From Vulcanimicrobiota bacterium (GTDB lineage Bacteria > Vulcanimicrobiota > Vulcanimicrobiia > Vulcanimicrobiales > Vulcanimicrobiaceae), in the NCBI GenBank assembly GCA_963695225.1, contig OY968762.1:2144001-2208000 (forward strand): a DNA stretch of 64,000 bases. Direction: 5' to 3'. Below the pieces are notes generated by a model. The model saw only the letters and a program-made list of their open reading frames with translations, had not been told where the DNA came from and did no database searches. Both the position numbers and the translations under genes were made by a program. Below are positions 1 through 8,782 of the stretch, piece after piece (the stretch's first letter is position 1; the number at the start of each line of letters is the position of its first letter).

Positions 1-28
1 TGGCAATACGTTCGCTCACGATGAAACT

Positions 29-1072
29 CTAGTAGATTCCGGGAAACGAAGCCTGCTCGCGATGGACGGTCTCGAGCAGGGTCATCCACTGAATGTTGTA
101 GTGACGTGGATGCGCCAACGCTTCGAGATCGTCGATCGGAAGGCGCCGCAGCATATCTTCGACGCTTTCGAGCACGGTGCGCGAGGGCGTGAACCCGAGG
201 GCGCGGCTGAGTTTCGCGTTGGACATCCGGTAGTTCCGCACGAGCGAAGGGAGCGGCGCTTCGAGAAGGCTCACGGCGATAGGCTTCGGGAGAAGCGCCA
301 AGGACCCCGCGACCAGCATCGCGAGTTGGCGGATCTGGTAGTTCTCCTCGAGGACGTTGAAGATCTGGCTGCGGACGGCTTCGAGCGGGGCCTGGAGGAT
401 CATGATGTGGGCCCGGGCGATGTCCTCGACGTCGACGAGGGGGCGCCACATCCAGCCGCCGCCGTGCAGCAGGAGCCTCTTCTTCACGACGGCGTCCTTG
501 ATGAACGTGTTCACCACCAGGTCGAAGCGCATGCGCGGGCTGTAGCCGTAGACAGTGCCCTGGCGCAGGATCGTCGGCGCGAAGCGGTCGTCCGCGGCCG
601 CCAGCAGGACGCCTTCGGCGTAGCGCTTGGATATGGAGTAGGCGCCGCGCGGCTGGACGACCGTCTCCTCGTCGCACATGACCGGGGAGCGGTCCAACTC
701 GCTCGAGGACTGCTCCGTATCGTAGATCGAGGCGCTGGAGGCGAAGGTGAGGCGCTGAATGCCGCACCGCTTGCAGGCCGCGGCGATCGTCTCGGCGGCG
801 ACGGCGTTCATCTGCCAATTCGCCTCGGTGTTGTACTCCGCCGTCGGGTCGTTGGAGAGCCCGGCGAGGTGGGCGACGGCGTCGACGCCCTCCAGCCACT
901 CGTCCCGCCAGTCCCGCACGTCGCCGGCGATCGCCGTCAGCTCCAGCCCCTCGATCGGGCCCGTGCCCCAGAAGAAGCGGTCGAGCACGACAGGCTGGTG
1001 GCCGGCCTCGATGAGGCGACGGCAGAGGACGGCGCCGAGATACCCGGCCCCTCCGGTGACGAGGATGCGCAT
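29..1072 (-). CDS. NAD-dependent epimerase/dehydratase (extended SDR, nucleotide-sugar)
   Basis: GGAGYLG Rossmann motif, YSISK catalytic YxxxK, RFDLVVN motif. Confidence 0.9.
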   Translation of the reverse strand: MRILVTGGAGYLGAVLCRRLIEAGHQPVVLDRFFWGTGPIEGLELTAIAGDVRDWRDEWLEGVDAVAHLAGLSNDPTAEYNTEANWQMNAVAAETIAAACKRCGIQRLTFASSASIYDTEQSSSELDRSPVMCDEETVVQPRGAYSISKRYAEGVLLAAADDRFAPTILRQGTVYGYSPRMRFDLVVNTFIKDAVVKKRLLLHGGGWMWRPLVDVEDIARAHIMILQAPLEAVRSQIFNVLEENYQIRQLAMLVAGSLALLPKPIAVSLLEAPLPSLVRNYRMSNAKLSRALGFTPSRTVLESVEDMLRRLPIDDLEALAHPRHYNIQWMTLLETVHREQASFPGIY

Positions 1073-1366
1073 GACCCCAATCAGCTACTCGAAGGGGGTG
1101 GGGAATCCCGCTCTGCGCTCGGCGGAGCCATTGCGGCAGACATTGGGCAGCTCCCGGCCGACGCAAGTAAAGCGGTGTGGAATTGGGGAATGAGCCGTCA
1201 AATGACAACGCTCTTGCGGCGGCAGCCTCATGATCGCCGATAGGTTGCTTTCGGCAGGCGAGGGCCGGCGCGAGCGCGCTCGGCGACGGCGGTAATCGCC
1301 CTGTTTGAACGAGCGCCGCTGCGCCGGAACTCGAGCCGCACCGGCCGACGCACGATTCAAGCGCTC

Positions 1367-3547
1367 TTGGTGCTCGTAGGGGTCCTGCTTTGCAGTGAGG
1401 CTGCGAGCGCGGATGAAACCATAGAACCGTATCGCGACTCCACGCTGACGGCGGAGCAGCGAGCCGACGACCTCTTGCCGCGGCTCACCGTCGACGAAAA
1501 GATCGCGCTCATGCAAAGCGATTCCGCGGCGATCCCTCGGCTCCGCATTCCGGCATACAACTGGTGGAACGAAGCGCTTCACGGCGTAGCACGCGCCGGA
1601 ACGGCAACGGTGTTTCCGCAAGCGATCGGTCTCGCGGCCACGTTCGATCGAGATCTCGTAGGTCAAATAGGGCATGCCGTCGCCGAGGAGGGACGCGTCA
1701 AGTACGAGGGCGCGCGGCCCGGCACGCAATACGCCGGACTCACGTACTTCACGCCCGTCGTGAACATCGCGCGCGACCCGCGATGGGGCCGAACGCAGGA
1801 GACATTTGGAGAAGATCCCCTTCTGACGTCCGAACTCGCGGGCGAATTCGTGCGCGGTCTCCAAGGGCCCGACCCGGACCATCCCGAGGCGCTCGCAACA
1901 CTGAAGCACTTCGCCGTACATAGCGGACCCGAACGTGGGCGCCTGACGTTTGACGCTGCCGTCTCCGCCTTCGACCTGGGCGACACGTACGTGGCGCAGT
2001 TCGAGCGTGTCGTCCGGACGACGGCGGTTGGATCCGTGATGACGTCGTACAACGAGATCAATGGTGTGCCTGCATCGCTGGACGCCGCGCTCCTCGACGG
2101 GAGTCTCCGCCAAGATTGGGGCTTCGGCGGTTACGTCGTCAGCGATTGCGACGCGGTAAAGACTGCCGCGTTACAGAGTTCCAAGAAAATGTCCGAAGTG
2201 CAGGTCGTTGCAAGCGCGGTTCTGGCGGGCGTCGACCTGAACTGCGGAAGCGAATACCATCTGCTCGCCCGAGCCGTTGCGTCGAGACTGCTCGATGTCG
2301 CCGACATCGATCGTTCTGTACGCAGGCTGTTGGTCGCGCGCTTTCGTCTAGGCACGATCGGCGAGGACGCGGGGCCTTATGCGCGGATCTCGCCCGCTGT
2401 GCTCGATTCGCCGGCGCATCGTGACCTAGCCAGGCGCGCCGCGCTCGAATCGATCGTTCTCTTGAGGAACCGGCGCGGAATATTGCCCCTCGATCCGAGT
2501 CGCGTGAAGCGACTTGCGATCGTCGGGTCGCTTGCTCGCGATCGGGACGCGCTGATCGGCGATTACGCGGGCAAGCCGTCGACGTTGCTGACGATCGAGA
2601 AGGCTTTGAAAGCGCGAGCGGGACCATCGGGCGTGCAGGTGCGCTACTACGCACCCGATCATGGGGCGTATAGCCCGGCCGCGACGGAGCAGATCGCAAA
2701 GCGGAACGATGCCGTCGTTGCCGTGCTCGGCCTGTCCTCGCTGCAAGAAGGCGAGGAAGGCAATGGCGGAGACCGGGATGCGATCGAACTTCCGAACGAG
2801 CAGGCGCGACTCTTGGCGGCGTTGTCTCGTTCCAAGCGCCCGGTCATCGTCGTCCTGACCGGTGGCAGCGCGTTTGCTCTCAAGAACGATGCCGGCGCAG
2901 CGGATGCCATACTCGACGCATGGTATGCCGGTGAAGAAGGCGGCCCGGCTGTTGCGGCCGTGCTGTTCGGCGACGCAAATCCTGCGGGCCGTCTTCCGCT
3001 GACGTTTTACGCGCGGACGGCCGACTTGCCCCAATTCAAGAACTACACGATGAGCGGTCGGACGTATCGATACTTTCGCGGCGAACCGCCCTTCCGTTTT
3101 GGCGACGGATTGAGTTACACGCGGTTTGCTTATCGTGATGCGGTCGTGCAAATCGACGACGAGGTTGGCCCCGTCGCTTCCGTGACGGTCGAAAATCTGG
3201 GGCCGCGGGATGGAGACGAAGTCGTTCAGATCTATGTCAATCCGCCGGCCGAGCGGAGCGCGCGGATCGAGAACCGTCAGCTTGCGGCTTTTGCGCGCTT
3301 GTCCATTCCACGGGGCGCGGAGCGCCGCCTGACGATCCCGCTCGGCTGGTGGGCTGTGAGTACGGTCGACGCCGCCGGTAAGCGCGCTGTTCGCGCCGGT
3401 ACGTTCCACTTTTCAATCGGGGGCGGACAACCTGGTCCGGGTACGCCGACGGCGGCGGCTGATCTCGATCTTCCTGCGCCGTACGACGGCCGGGAACTTC
3501 GCGATGCGGACTACGCGCTTTGCCAAGCCGCCGTGACGGAACCGTAG
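1367..3547 (+). CDS. Secreted GH3 beta-xylosidase/beta-glucosidase
   Basis: Signal-like N-terminus, WWNEALHG, RDPRWGRxQETFGEDP, KHF, VVSDC nucleophile, C-terminal Fn3-like domain; exact start uncertain. Confidence 0.9.
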   Translation: MVLVGVLLCSEAASADETIEPYRDSTLTAEQRADDLLPRLTVDEKIALMQSDSAAIPRLRIPAYNWWNEALHGVARAGTATVFPQAIGLAATFDRDLVGQIGHAVAEEGRVKYEGARPGTQYAGLTYFTPVVNIARDPRWGRTQETFGEDPLLTSELAGEFVRGLQGPDPDHPEALATLKHFAVHSGPERGRLTFDAAVSAFDLGDTYVAQFERVVRTTAVGSVMTSYNEINGVPASLDAALLDGSLRQDWGFGGYVVSDCDAVKTAALQSSKKMSEVQVVASAVLAGVDLNCGSEYHLLARAVASRLLDVADIDRSVRRLLVARFRLGTIGEDAGPYARISPAVLDSPAHRDLARRAALESIVLLRNRRGILPLDPSRVKRLAIVGSLARDRDALIGDYAGKPSTLLTIEKALKARAGPSGVQVRYYAPDHGAYSPAATEQIAKRNDAVVAVLGLSSLQEGEEGNGGDRDAIELPNEQARLLAALSRSKRPVIVVLTGGSAFALKNDAGAADAILDAWYAGEEGGPAVAAVLFGDANPAGRLPLTFYARTADLPQFKNYTMSGRTYRYFRGEPPFRFGDGLSYTRFAYRDAVVQIDDEVGPVASVTVENLGPRDGDEVVQIYVNPPAERSARIENRQLAAFARLSIPRGAERRLTIPLGWWAVSTVDAAGKRAVRAGTFHFSIGGGQPGPGTPTAAADLDLPAPYDGRELRDADYALCQAAVTEP

Positions 3548-3573
3548 GCACACGAACTTGCCGAGGTGTGGGG

Positions 3574-5862
3574 CTACGTCTCGCTGCGCGAAGAAGGTGC
3601 AAACGCCAGCGCCAGAACCGTGAGCCCGGCGAGAAGTTCGAGCAGGGCCTGTGTAGCGGCGCGGACCTCGATGAGAATGATGTCGCCCGCGCTGGGCACG
3701 TCGGGAAGGCGCCAGCCGTTGGTGAGATGATCGATCCGCAAATGCCGCAGCGGCGTCGACCCCGCGAACGCAAGCCAGCTTCGATCGAATCGCTCATTGA
3801 AGCGAAGCACTTCTCCCGAAGCCGCCGGTGCCTTTGCAATGAGGAGCCAGGGGAAGGGCCGAGTGAAACTCAGGGCTTCGGGTGCGGTGACGGAAGCGGG
3901 GCGGGCCAGTGGGAAACCTGCAGGATCGCCGGTTCCCAGCACGACGCACAGTCCCTCGCAGCGAACCGCGTGAACTCCGGCGTGCAAGACGGTCCACTGG
4001 TACGAATCCGTATCCGCTAGAATGACGTGATTATCGTCGCCGATGAGGCGGCCGCGCGCCGTAGCAAGAATGCGCGGACCCTCCGGCACGGGCAGCCACG
4101 TGCCTGCGGAGCGCGTAGCAGCTCCGCCGAACGGCTGGCCCAAGCCCGGCGTGGAACCGAAGAGGAGCCGAGTGCTCACCCAAGCCTTCGCGCTGTCTAT
4201 GTCGATCGGCGGGACGATCACCGGCGAGAACGCGTTGCTCTTGCGTTGCTCTTCTGCGTCTGCGAAAAAGACGGTCCCGTCTCCGGCCTCCGGGACGAAC
4301 GCGGCTGTCGGAGCATCTTTGGAGATGCCGAGGAGCGGCCACGAACCGCTGATTTCGCGTCGAGATCCACTTTGAGGGCGTTCAGCGAGCGCGAAATCGC
4401 TCGGCGCTTGTTTGTTGAGGAGCTCGTAGTCGGATCGGTATTGCGGCCTCGCGAATACCCAGTGGACGCCAAGCCTCCGGAGTGGTTCGATGCTCCCGCC
4501 ATGCGCATACGTCAGCAACGCGGTTGCCGTGGGGTATTCGATCAAATAAGGATTCAAGGGTGTGCGACCGGAGGGACGCGCGTATTGGTCCGGGTCGATG
4601 CCGGACCCACGCCCCATGAAGACCAGCGGCTGTAGCGTCGGCAGCATGGCGAAGCGCGCATTATCCGGAGCGGGCACGTCGAGCGTGGGCAATCGCTCGG
4701 CGGCAACCCAGAAGTGCCAGAGCGTCCCCGTCCACGGCAGCACGAGCAAGAGCGCGGCGAGGGCGATCGGATACTGAAGGAATCGCCAACGCGCGGCTGC
4801 GCATGCGCCGAGCACGACGTAGCCCAGCGCTACGAAACCGAGGAGGTCATAAAGTTCCCGAAACACGGAGAGCGAGGGAAACGAGGCGTAGACGGCCGCG
4901 GCGAGACCGTGAAGGGGTCCGCGAAAGATCGATACTGCGGCGAGAAGGCCGGCTATCACGGCGCCGGCGAGGCGCCCGGCCGCCGATGGGACGGTCAGGA
5001 AACCGATCAGTGCTGCGGCTGCGAAGACGCACAGGCTGACGTCTTGCGGCTCGTGGAACGCAGCGTCGTATCCGGCAAAATAGCCTCGCAGGAGGGCAGC
5101 CTCGCGGATGGGGACGGACTGATAATACTCCCAGGACGACGACCGCGGGATGGCGTTGAGAGATGAGGAACTCGTCAGGATCCCTGCGCCGATCGGCAAT
5201 GCGACGGCAATGAGAACGATCGCCACCCGCCACCATCGGTTGCGAATCGCGAAGACGAATAAGACCGCCCCTGCGATCAGGAAAAACTGTATTTGGGTGA
5301 TCAGCAGCCCGGCTGCCGGAAGGATGAGCGCTCGACGGTATCGTCCGTGGATGAGTTCCGCTAAGATGACGGCGGCGGCCGCGTAGGCGATGAGCATGGG
5401 GACATGCCCGGCCACGATTTGCGTGTAGACCCACGGGTTTGCGAGCGCAAACACGGCGAGCGCAGCTCTTGCCGGCCAGGAATCGAGCCACCGCGAGCCT
5501 ATGCTCCAAGCGCTCGCGAGAACGCAGAATGCGATGACCGCAAGGACAAGTGCCAACGACAAACGTGGTCCGAGAAGTCGTTGAACGGCGAAGAGCGGTA
5601 ACGCCGCCAGATATCCCGTGGGATACGGGTTCGGCAAACCGATGCCGTCGGCGATCCATCCCGTCGTGCTGTATCCTAGTTGGGCGGCTGCCGCGATCGA
5701 GTTTCGCGGCCACGCCCAGTCGTGTCGAAGCGCCGGTACGCCGTTTTGAACGACCAGAAAGGCGAACGCGCCGGACCCGCACAGCGCAAGCAGTCCCCAG
5801 ACGAATTGACGAGAACGCTGGAGCGAGGTCAAACTGAAGAGCGCTCCAACAAGGCGTAGCAC
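3574..5862 (-). CDS. Large multi-TM membrane protein, GT-C-like (AftD/YfhO-like architecture)
   Basis: About a dozen hydrophobic segments, early HDW acidic motif, FRE motif, soluble C-terminal region ending in NGW plus a final TM helix; lies in a glycan locus. Confidence 0.6.
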   Translation of the reverse strand: MLRLVGALFSLTSLQRSRQFVWGLLALCGSGAFAFLVVQNGVPALRHDWAWPRNSIAAAAQLGYSTTGWIADGIGLPNPYPTGYLAALPLFAVQRLLGPRLSLALVLAVIAFCVLASAWSIGSRWLDSWPARAALAVFALANPWVYTQIVAGHVPMLIAYAAAAVILAELIHGRYRRALILPAAGLLITQIQFFLIAGAVLFVFAIRNRWWRVAIVLIAVALPIGAGILTSSSSLNAIPRSSSWEYYQSVPIREAALLRGYFAGYDAAFHEPQDVSLCVFAAAALIGFLTVPSAAGRLAGAVIAGLLAAVSIFRGPLHGLAAAVYASFPSLSVFRELYDLLGFVALGYVVLGACAAARWRFLQYPIALAALLLVLPWTGTLWHFWVAAERLPTLDVPAPDNARFAMLPTLQPLVFMGRGSGIDPDQYARPSGRTPLNPYLIEYPTATALLTYAHGGSIEPLRRLGVHWVFARPQYRSDYELLNKQAPSDFALAERPQSGSRREISGSWPLLGISKDAPTAAFVPEAGDGTVFFADAEEQRKSNAFSPVIVPPIDIDSAKAWVSTRLLFGSTPGLGQPFGGAATRSAGTWLPVPEGPRILATARGRLIGDDNHVILADTDSYQWTVLHAGVHAVRCEGLCVVLGTGDPAGFPLARPASVTAPEALSFTRPFPWLLIAKAPAASGEVLRFNERFDRSWLAFAGSTPLRHLRIDHLTNGWRLPDVPSAGDIILIEVRAATQALLELLAGLTVLALAFAPSSRSET

Positions 5863-6569
5863 AGGCTATACCTTGGTATGCGAATACGCATGCCGAGGCG
5901 GCGCGCCCATGGGAAGTTCTCGTAGAAGCTCTGATAGCGGTTCGGATGGGCCTGGTCGAGCCGCGCCATTATGCGTGCCAAGATGTCGCCCACGGGAAAC
6001 GCGACCGGTTCCATATCGAGTTCGCGCACTTGCAGACCGGCGGAGCTGAATAATGCGCCGAATTCCGCGAGCGATCGATACTCGCGCAGGTGCGTTTGGT
6101 CCAACCTCCATTCGCCGTTTACGCGATAGAAGTACCAGCCGCCCGGGTGCTTGATAACTGAGCCGATCACCGCCAGTCCGCCGGGTTTCAACACTTCCCG
6201 AATCGCGGACGCCATCGCCCGATCGCTGGGAACGTGCTCGATGACTTGATCTGAAAAGACGAAGTCGACAGAGCTCGCAGCGATTTCGGGCGACTGCGCG
6301 TCGGCGACGAAGGCGTCAACGGTCGGCAGACGCCGGCGCATCCGCGCAACCCGCGCCTGCGAAATATCCGATGCCAGAACGCGGCCATAGTGTTTCAGCA
6401 GGTTGCGGCCCAGAAGGAATTCGAGCTTCTGACCGTCGCCGGCTCCGAGCTCGAGAAAGACGCCGGTGCGCTTTCCGACGTTTTCGAGGAGTAGCCTCGG
6501 CAAGGTTACGAACGCGTCGAAGAAGGGCTTTGCCGCGGCGTATTCCTCGAAGTCGTGATCGCGTTTCAT
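5829..6569 (-). CDS. Class I SAM-dependent methyltransferase
   Basis: ELGAGDG motif I, VIEHV, LKPGG; start moved to ATG 6569, which overlaps the upstream stop (ATGA). Confidence 0.85.
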   Translation of the reverse strand: MKRDHDFEEYAAAKPFFDAFVTLPRLLLENVGKRTGVFLELGAGDGQKLEFLLGRNLLKHYGRVLASDISQARVARMRRRLPTVDAFVADAQSPEIAASSVDFVFSDQVIEHVPSDRAMASAIREVLKPGGLAVIGSVIKHPGGWYFYRVNGEWRLDQTHLREYRSLAEFGALFSSAGLQVRELDMEPVAFPVGDILARIMARLDQAHPNRYQSFYENFPWARRLGMRIRIPRYSLCYALLERSSV

Positions 6570-7726
6570 GCGAGCAGGTATCTTCGGTACCAATCGAGCT
6601 GCCGTTCGGCCACGACGTCCCAGGTTTGGGAACGCGCTCGAGTTAGAGCAGCCTCGACCATTCGCTCGTCGCGGCCTGTAGCAAGACGGTGAAGAAGGAC
6701 CGCGAGACGATCCGAGTCGCCTCGCGGGAAGAGATGTCCGGTCTTTCCGTCCTCGATCGTTTCCGCGAGACCCCCGACGGCCGAAGCCGCAACGGGCAGA
6801 CCGCGAATCATCGCTTCCAGCGAGACGAGGCCAAATGGTTCGAAGAGTGAGGGAATCAGCAACGCCGTGGCATTGCGGTACAGCCACTCGAGCTCACTAT
6901 CACTCACGCGGCCTAGGAGCATTACTTGAGAAGAAATGCCGAGGCTCTCGGCGAGTCCAGTAAGCACGCGTTCGTGCCCCGCCGATGGGCCTGCTATGCA
7001 GTAGTTGTACCGAACGCCGTCCTGCCCGGCCCGTTGGAGCGCGGCCAAAGCCGTTTCGAACCCTTTCGACCATTGGAGCCTACCGACCGACAGGAAGAAT
7101 CGATCCGGCGCATTTGCCGGCCGCGAAAGCGGGATCGCCGGCGGAAGGCTGACGCCGCAATGGATGACGTCGATCTTCTTCGCGACATGCGCGAAACTTG
7201 GATGCTTCGCGCTGTCGTATGAAATCGAGTGAAGGCGTCCGGCATTGCGCAGCGTGCGCTCGCCGAACAGGCGCTCGTAAGCGCGAAATGCCGCCAGCTG
7301 CAAGCCGCCCTGCTCGACTGGCGAATAGGGTGCTCCTAAGAGCGTCAGCCCGAAAGGCTTTCCCGCACGCTTCAATGCGATGCCGGCGACGTCGACGAGC
7401 GTGAACCCGTAGCCGAACAAGTGGTATACGTCGTAGTTCGACGACCCGATCCAACGGGCGAACTTCGCCCACGCTGCGGGACGAGGCGGCATGTAACTCT
7501 TCAGGTCGGGTGCTTGAGGCGCCAATCGTTGGAAGAGATTTGCGGGCACGAGCGGGATATACTTGGCACCGTCCACCGGCCTCGATACGTGCGCGACGGG
7601 CGAACCGGAAACGATATCGACTTCGTGCCCGGCTGCGACCATCGCCCGTCGCAACGATGAATAATACACGGGTCCGCCGCCCGTCGAGATCGGTTCGTAT
7701 TCCGGGACGATGAACAGGATCTTCAA
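6566..7726 (-). CDS. GT4 glycosyltransferase
   Basis: MKILFI start, GRL..KG, EPFGLVSLEA motif. Confidence 0.9.
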   Translation of the reverse strand: MKILFIVPEYEPISTGGGPVYYSSLRRAMVAAGHEVDIVSGSPVAHVSRPVDGAKYIPLVPANLFQRLAPQAPDLKSYMPPRPAAWAKFARWIGSSNYDVYHLFGYGFTLVDVAGIALKRAGKPFGLTLLGAPYSPVEQGGLQLAAFRAYERLFGERTLRNAGRLHSISYDSAKHPSFAHVAKKIDVIHCGVSLPPAIPLSRPANAPDRFFLSVGRLQWSKGFETALAALQRAGQDGVRYNYCIAGPSAGHERVLTGLAESLGISSQVMLLGRVSDSELEWLYRNATALLIPSLFEPFGLVSLEAMIRGLPVAASAVGGLAETIEDGKTGHLFPRGDSDRLAVLLHRLATGRDERMVEAALTRARSQTWDVVAERQLDWYRRYLLA

Positions 7727-7792
7727 TGCAGGCGCGCCAGGACGGTCGCTATCGCAATCGCTAGAAAGAAGAAATACAACGCAATTTCGCGC

Positions 7793-8782
7793 TTAGATAC
7801 AAAGTGTCTTGGCATTGATCGAACCCTCGACCCGGCCAACGTACCAGCCGAACGTGTACGGTATCGCGCTCAAGCCGTTCTCGATCACCTCGGCTGCGGT
7901 GCGATTGTCGCGAGAGGGCGCCGTAGCAACGATCGTTCCTGCGGCGATCCCGACTTGAAGCAGTGCCAGCACGCCTATCGCGCTTGCGAACCGCCCCCGC
8001 GACGCGAGCGCTGCCGATGCGGCGAGCGCGCACGTATAGGCTGCGCCGAATGCCGACACGCCGGTGTTGCGGAAGGGCCGCGTGTACCCCTTTCCGATAT
8101 CGGCTTTGACTTTTTCCCCGAAGCGCTTCAAGAGTTCCGCGTCGTAGCGGTGCCAGTAACCTGCCGTCCAAAGCTTCTTGACGGTTTGCTTGCGAAGCGG
8201 GTGATAGACGACCGCCCTCGGTACCGAAATGACGAGCAGCCCGCTCTCTAGCGCGCGAAACCCGAAATCCGTATCCTCTCGGAACGGCACGTCGAAGAGC
8301 GTACGAAAGCCGCCGATGTGCTCGAAGGCGGTTCGCCGAAACGCGAGGTTTGCGCTGACCAGGCGTTCGCCGGCCGGGGCCGCCCAACGCGGGAAGAGGT
8401 ATCCGGAGTCCGTCGTGACGCGTCCGTAGGCAAAGTCGGCGTCGTGCTCGAGGATCGCCTGCAGGATCGTTTCCAACCAGTCCGGGGCCGGCACGCAATC
8501 GGCGTCGGTGACGGCGATGATCTCGCCCGAAGCCGCGGCCACGCCGCCGTTGCGCGCATTCGCCGCCCCGCCGTGCGGCAAGAACTCGACGCGCGCGGAC
8601 TCGAAATCGAACTCCTCGAGCAATTCCGCTGCTCTGCGGGCATCCGGGCTGCCGTCGTCCGCGATGATCAATTCGAAATGCCGGTGCGTCTGCAGCCGGA
8701 GCGCAGGCAACAGACAGCTCTTCAGATAGTCGTACCCATTGTAATGCGGCACGACGACGGAGACGGATGGAGTCGGTTTCAA
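7793..8782 (-). CDS. GT2 glycosyltransferase with C-terminal hydrophobic helices
   Basis: VSVVVPHYN, DDGS, DAD, REDTD motifs; TTG start at 8782 overlaps the upstream stop, with GAAGGA SD. Confidence 0.88.
   Translation of the reverse strand: MKPTPSVSVVVPHYNGYDYLKSCLLPALRLQTHRHFELIIADDGSPDARRAAELLEEFDFESARVEFLPHGGAANARNGGVAAASGEIIAVTDADCVPAPDWLETILQAILEHDADFAYGRVTTDSGYLFPRWAAPAGERLVSANLAFRRTAFEHIGGFRTLFDVPFREDTDFGFRALESGLLVISVPRAVVYHPLRKQTVKKLWTAGYWHRYDAELLKRFGEKVKADIGKGYTRPFRNTGVSAFGAAYTCALAASAALASRGRFASAIGVLALLQVGIAAGTIVATAPSRDNRTAAEVIENGLSAIPYTFGWYVGRVEGSINAKTLCI

Noticed and set aside
62..2113. Long antisense ORFs (62-1243, 1085-2113) and many similar ones across the window
   Set aside because: Shadow frames of real genes in high-GC DNA; Arg/Pro-rich with no family motifs
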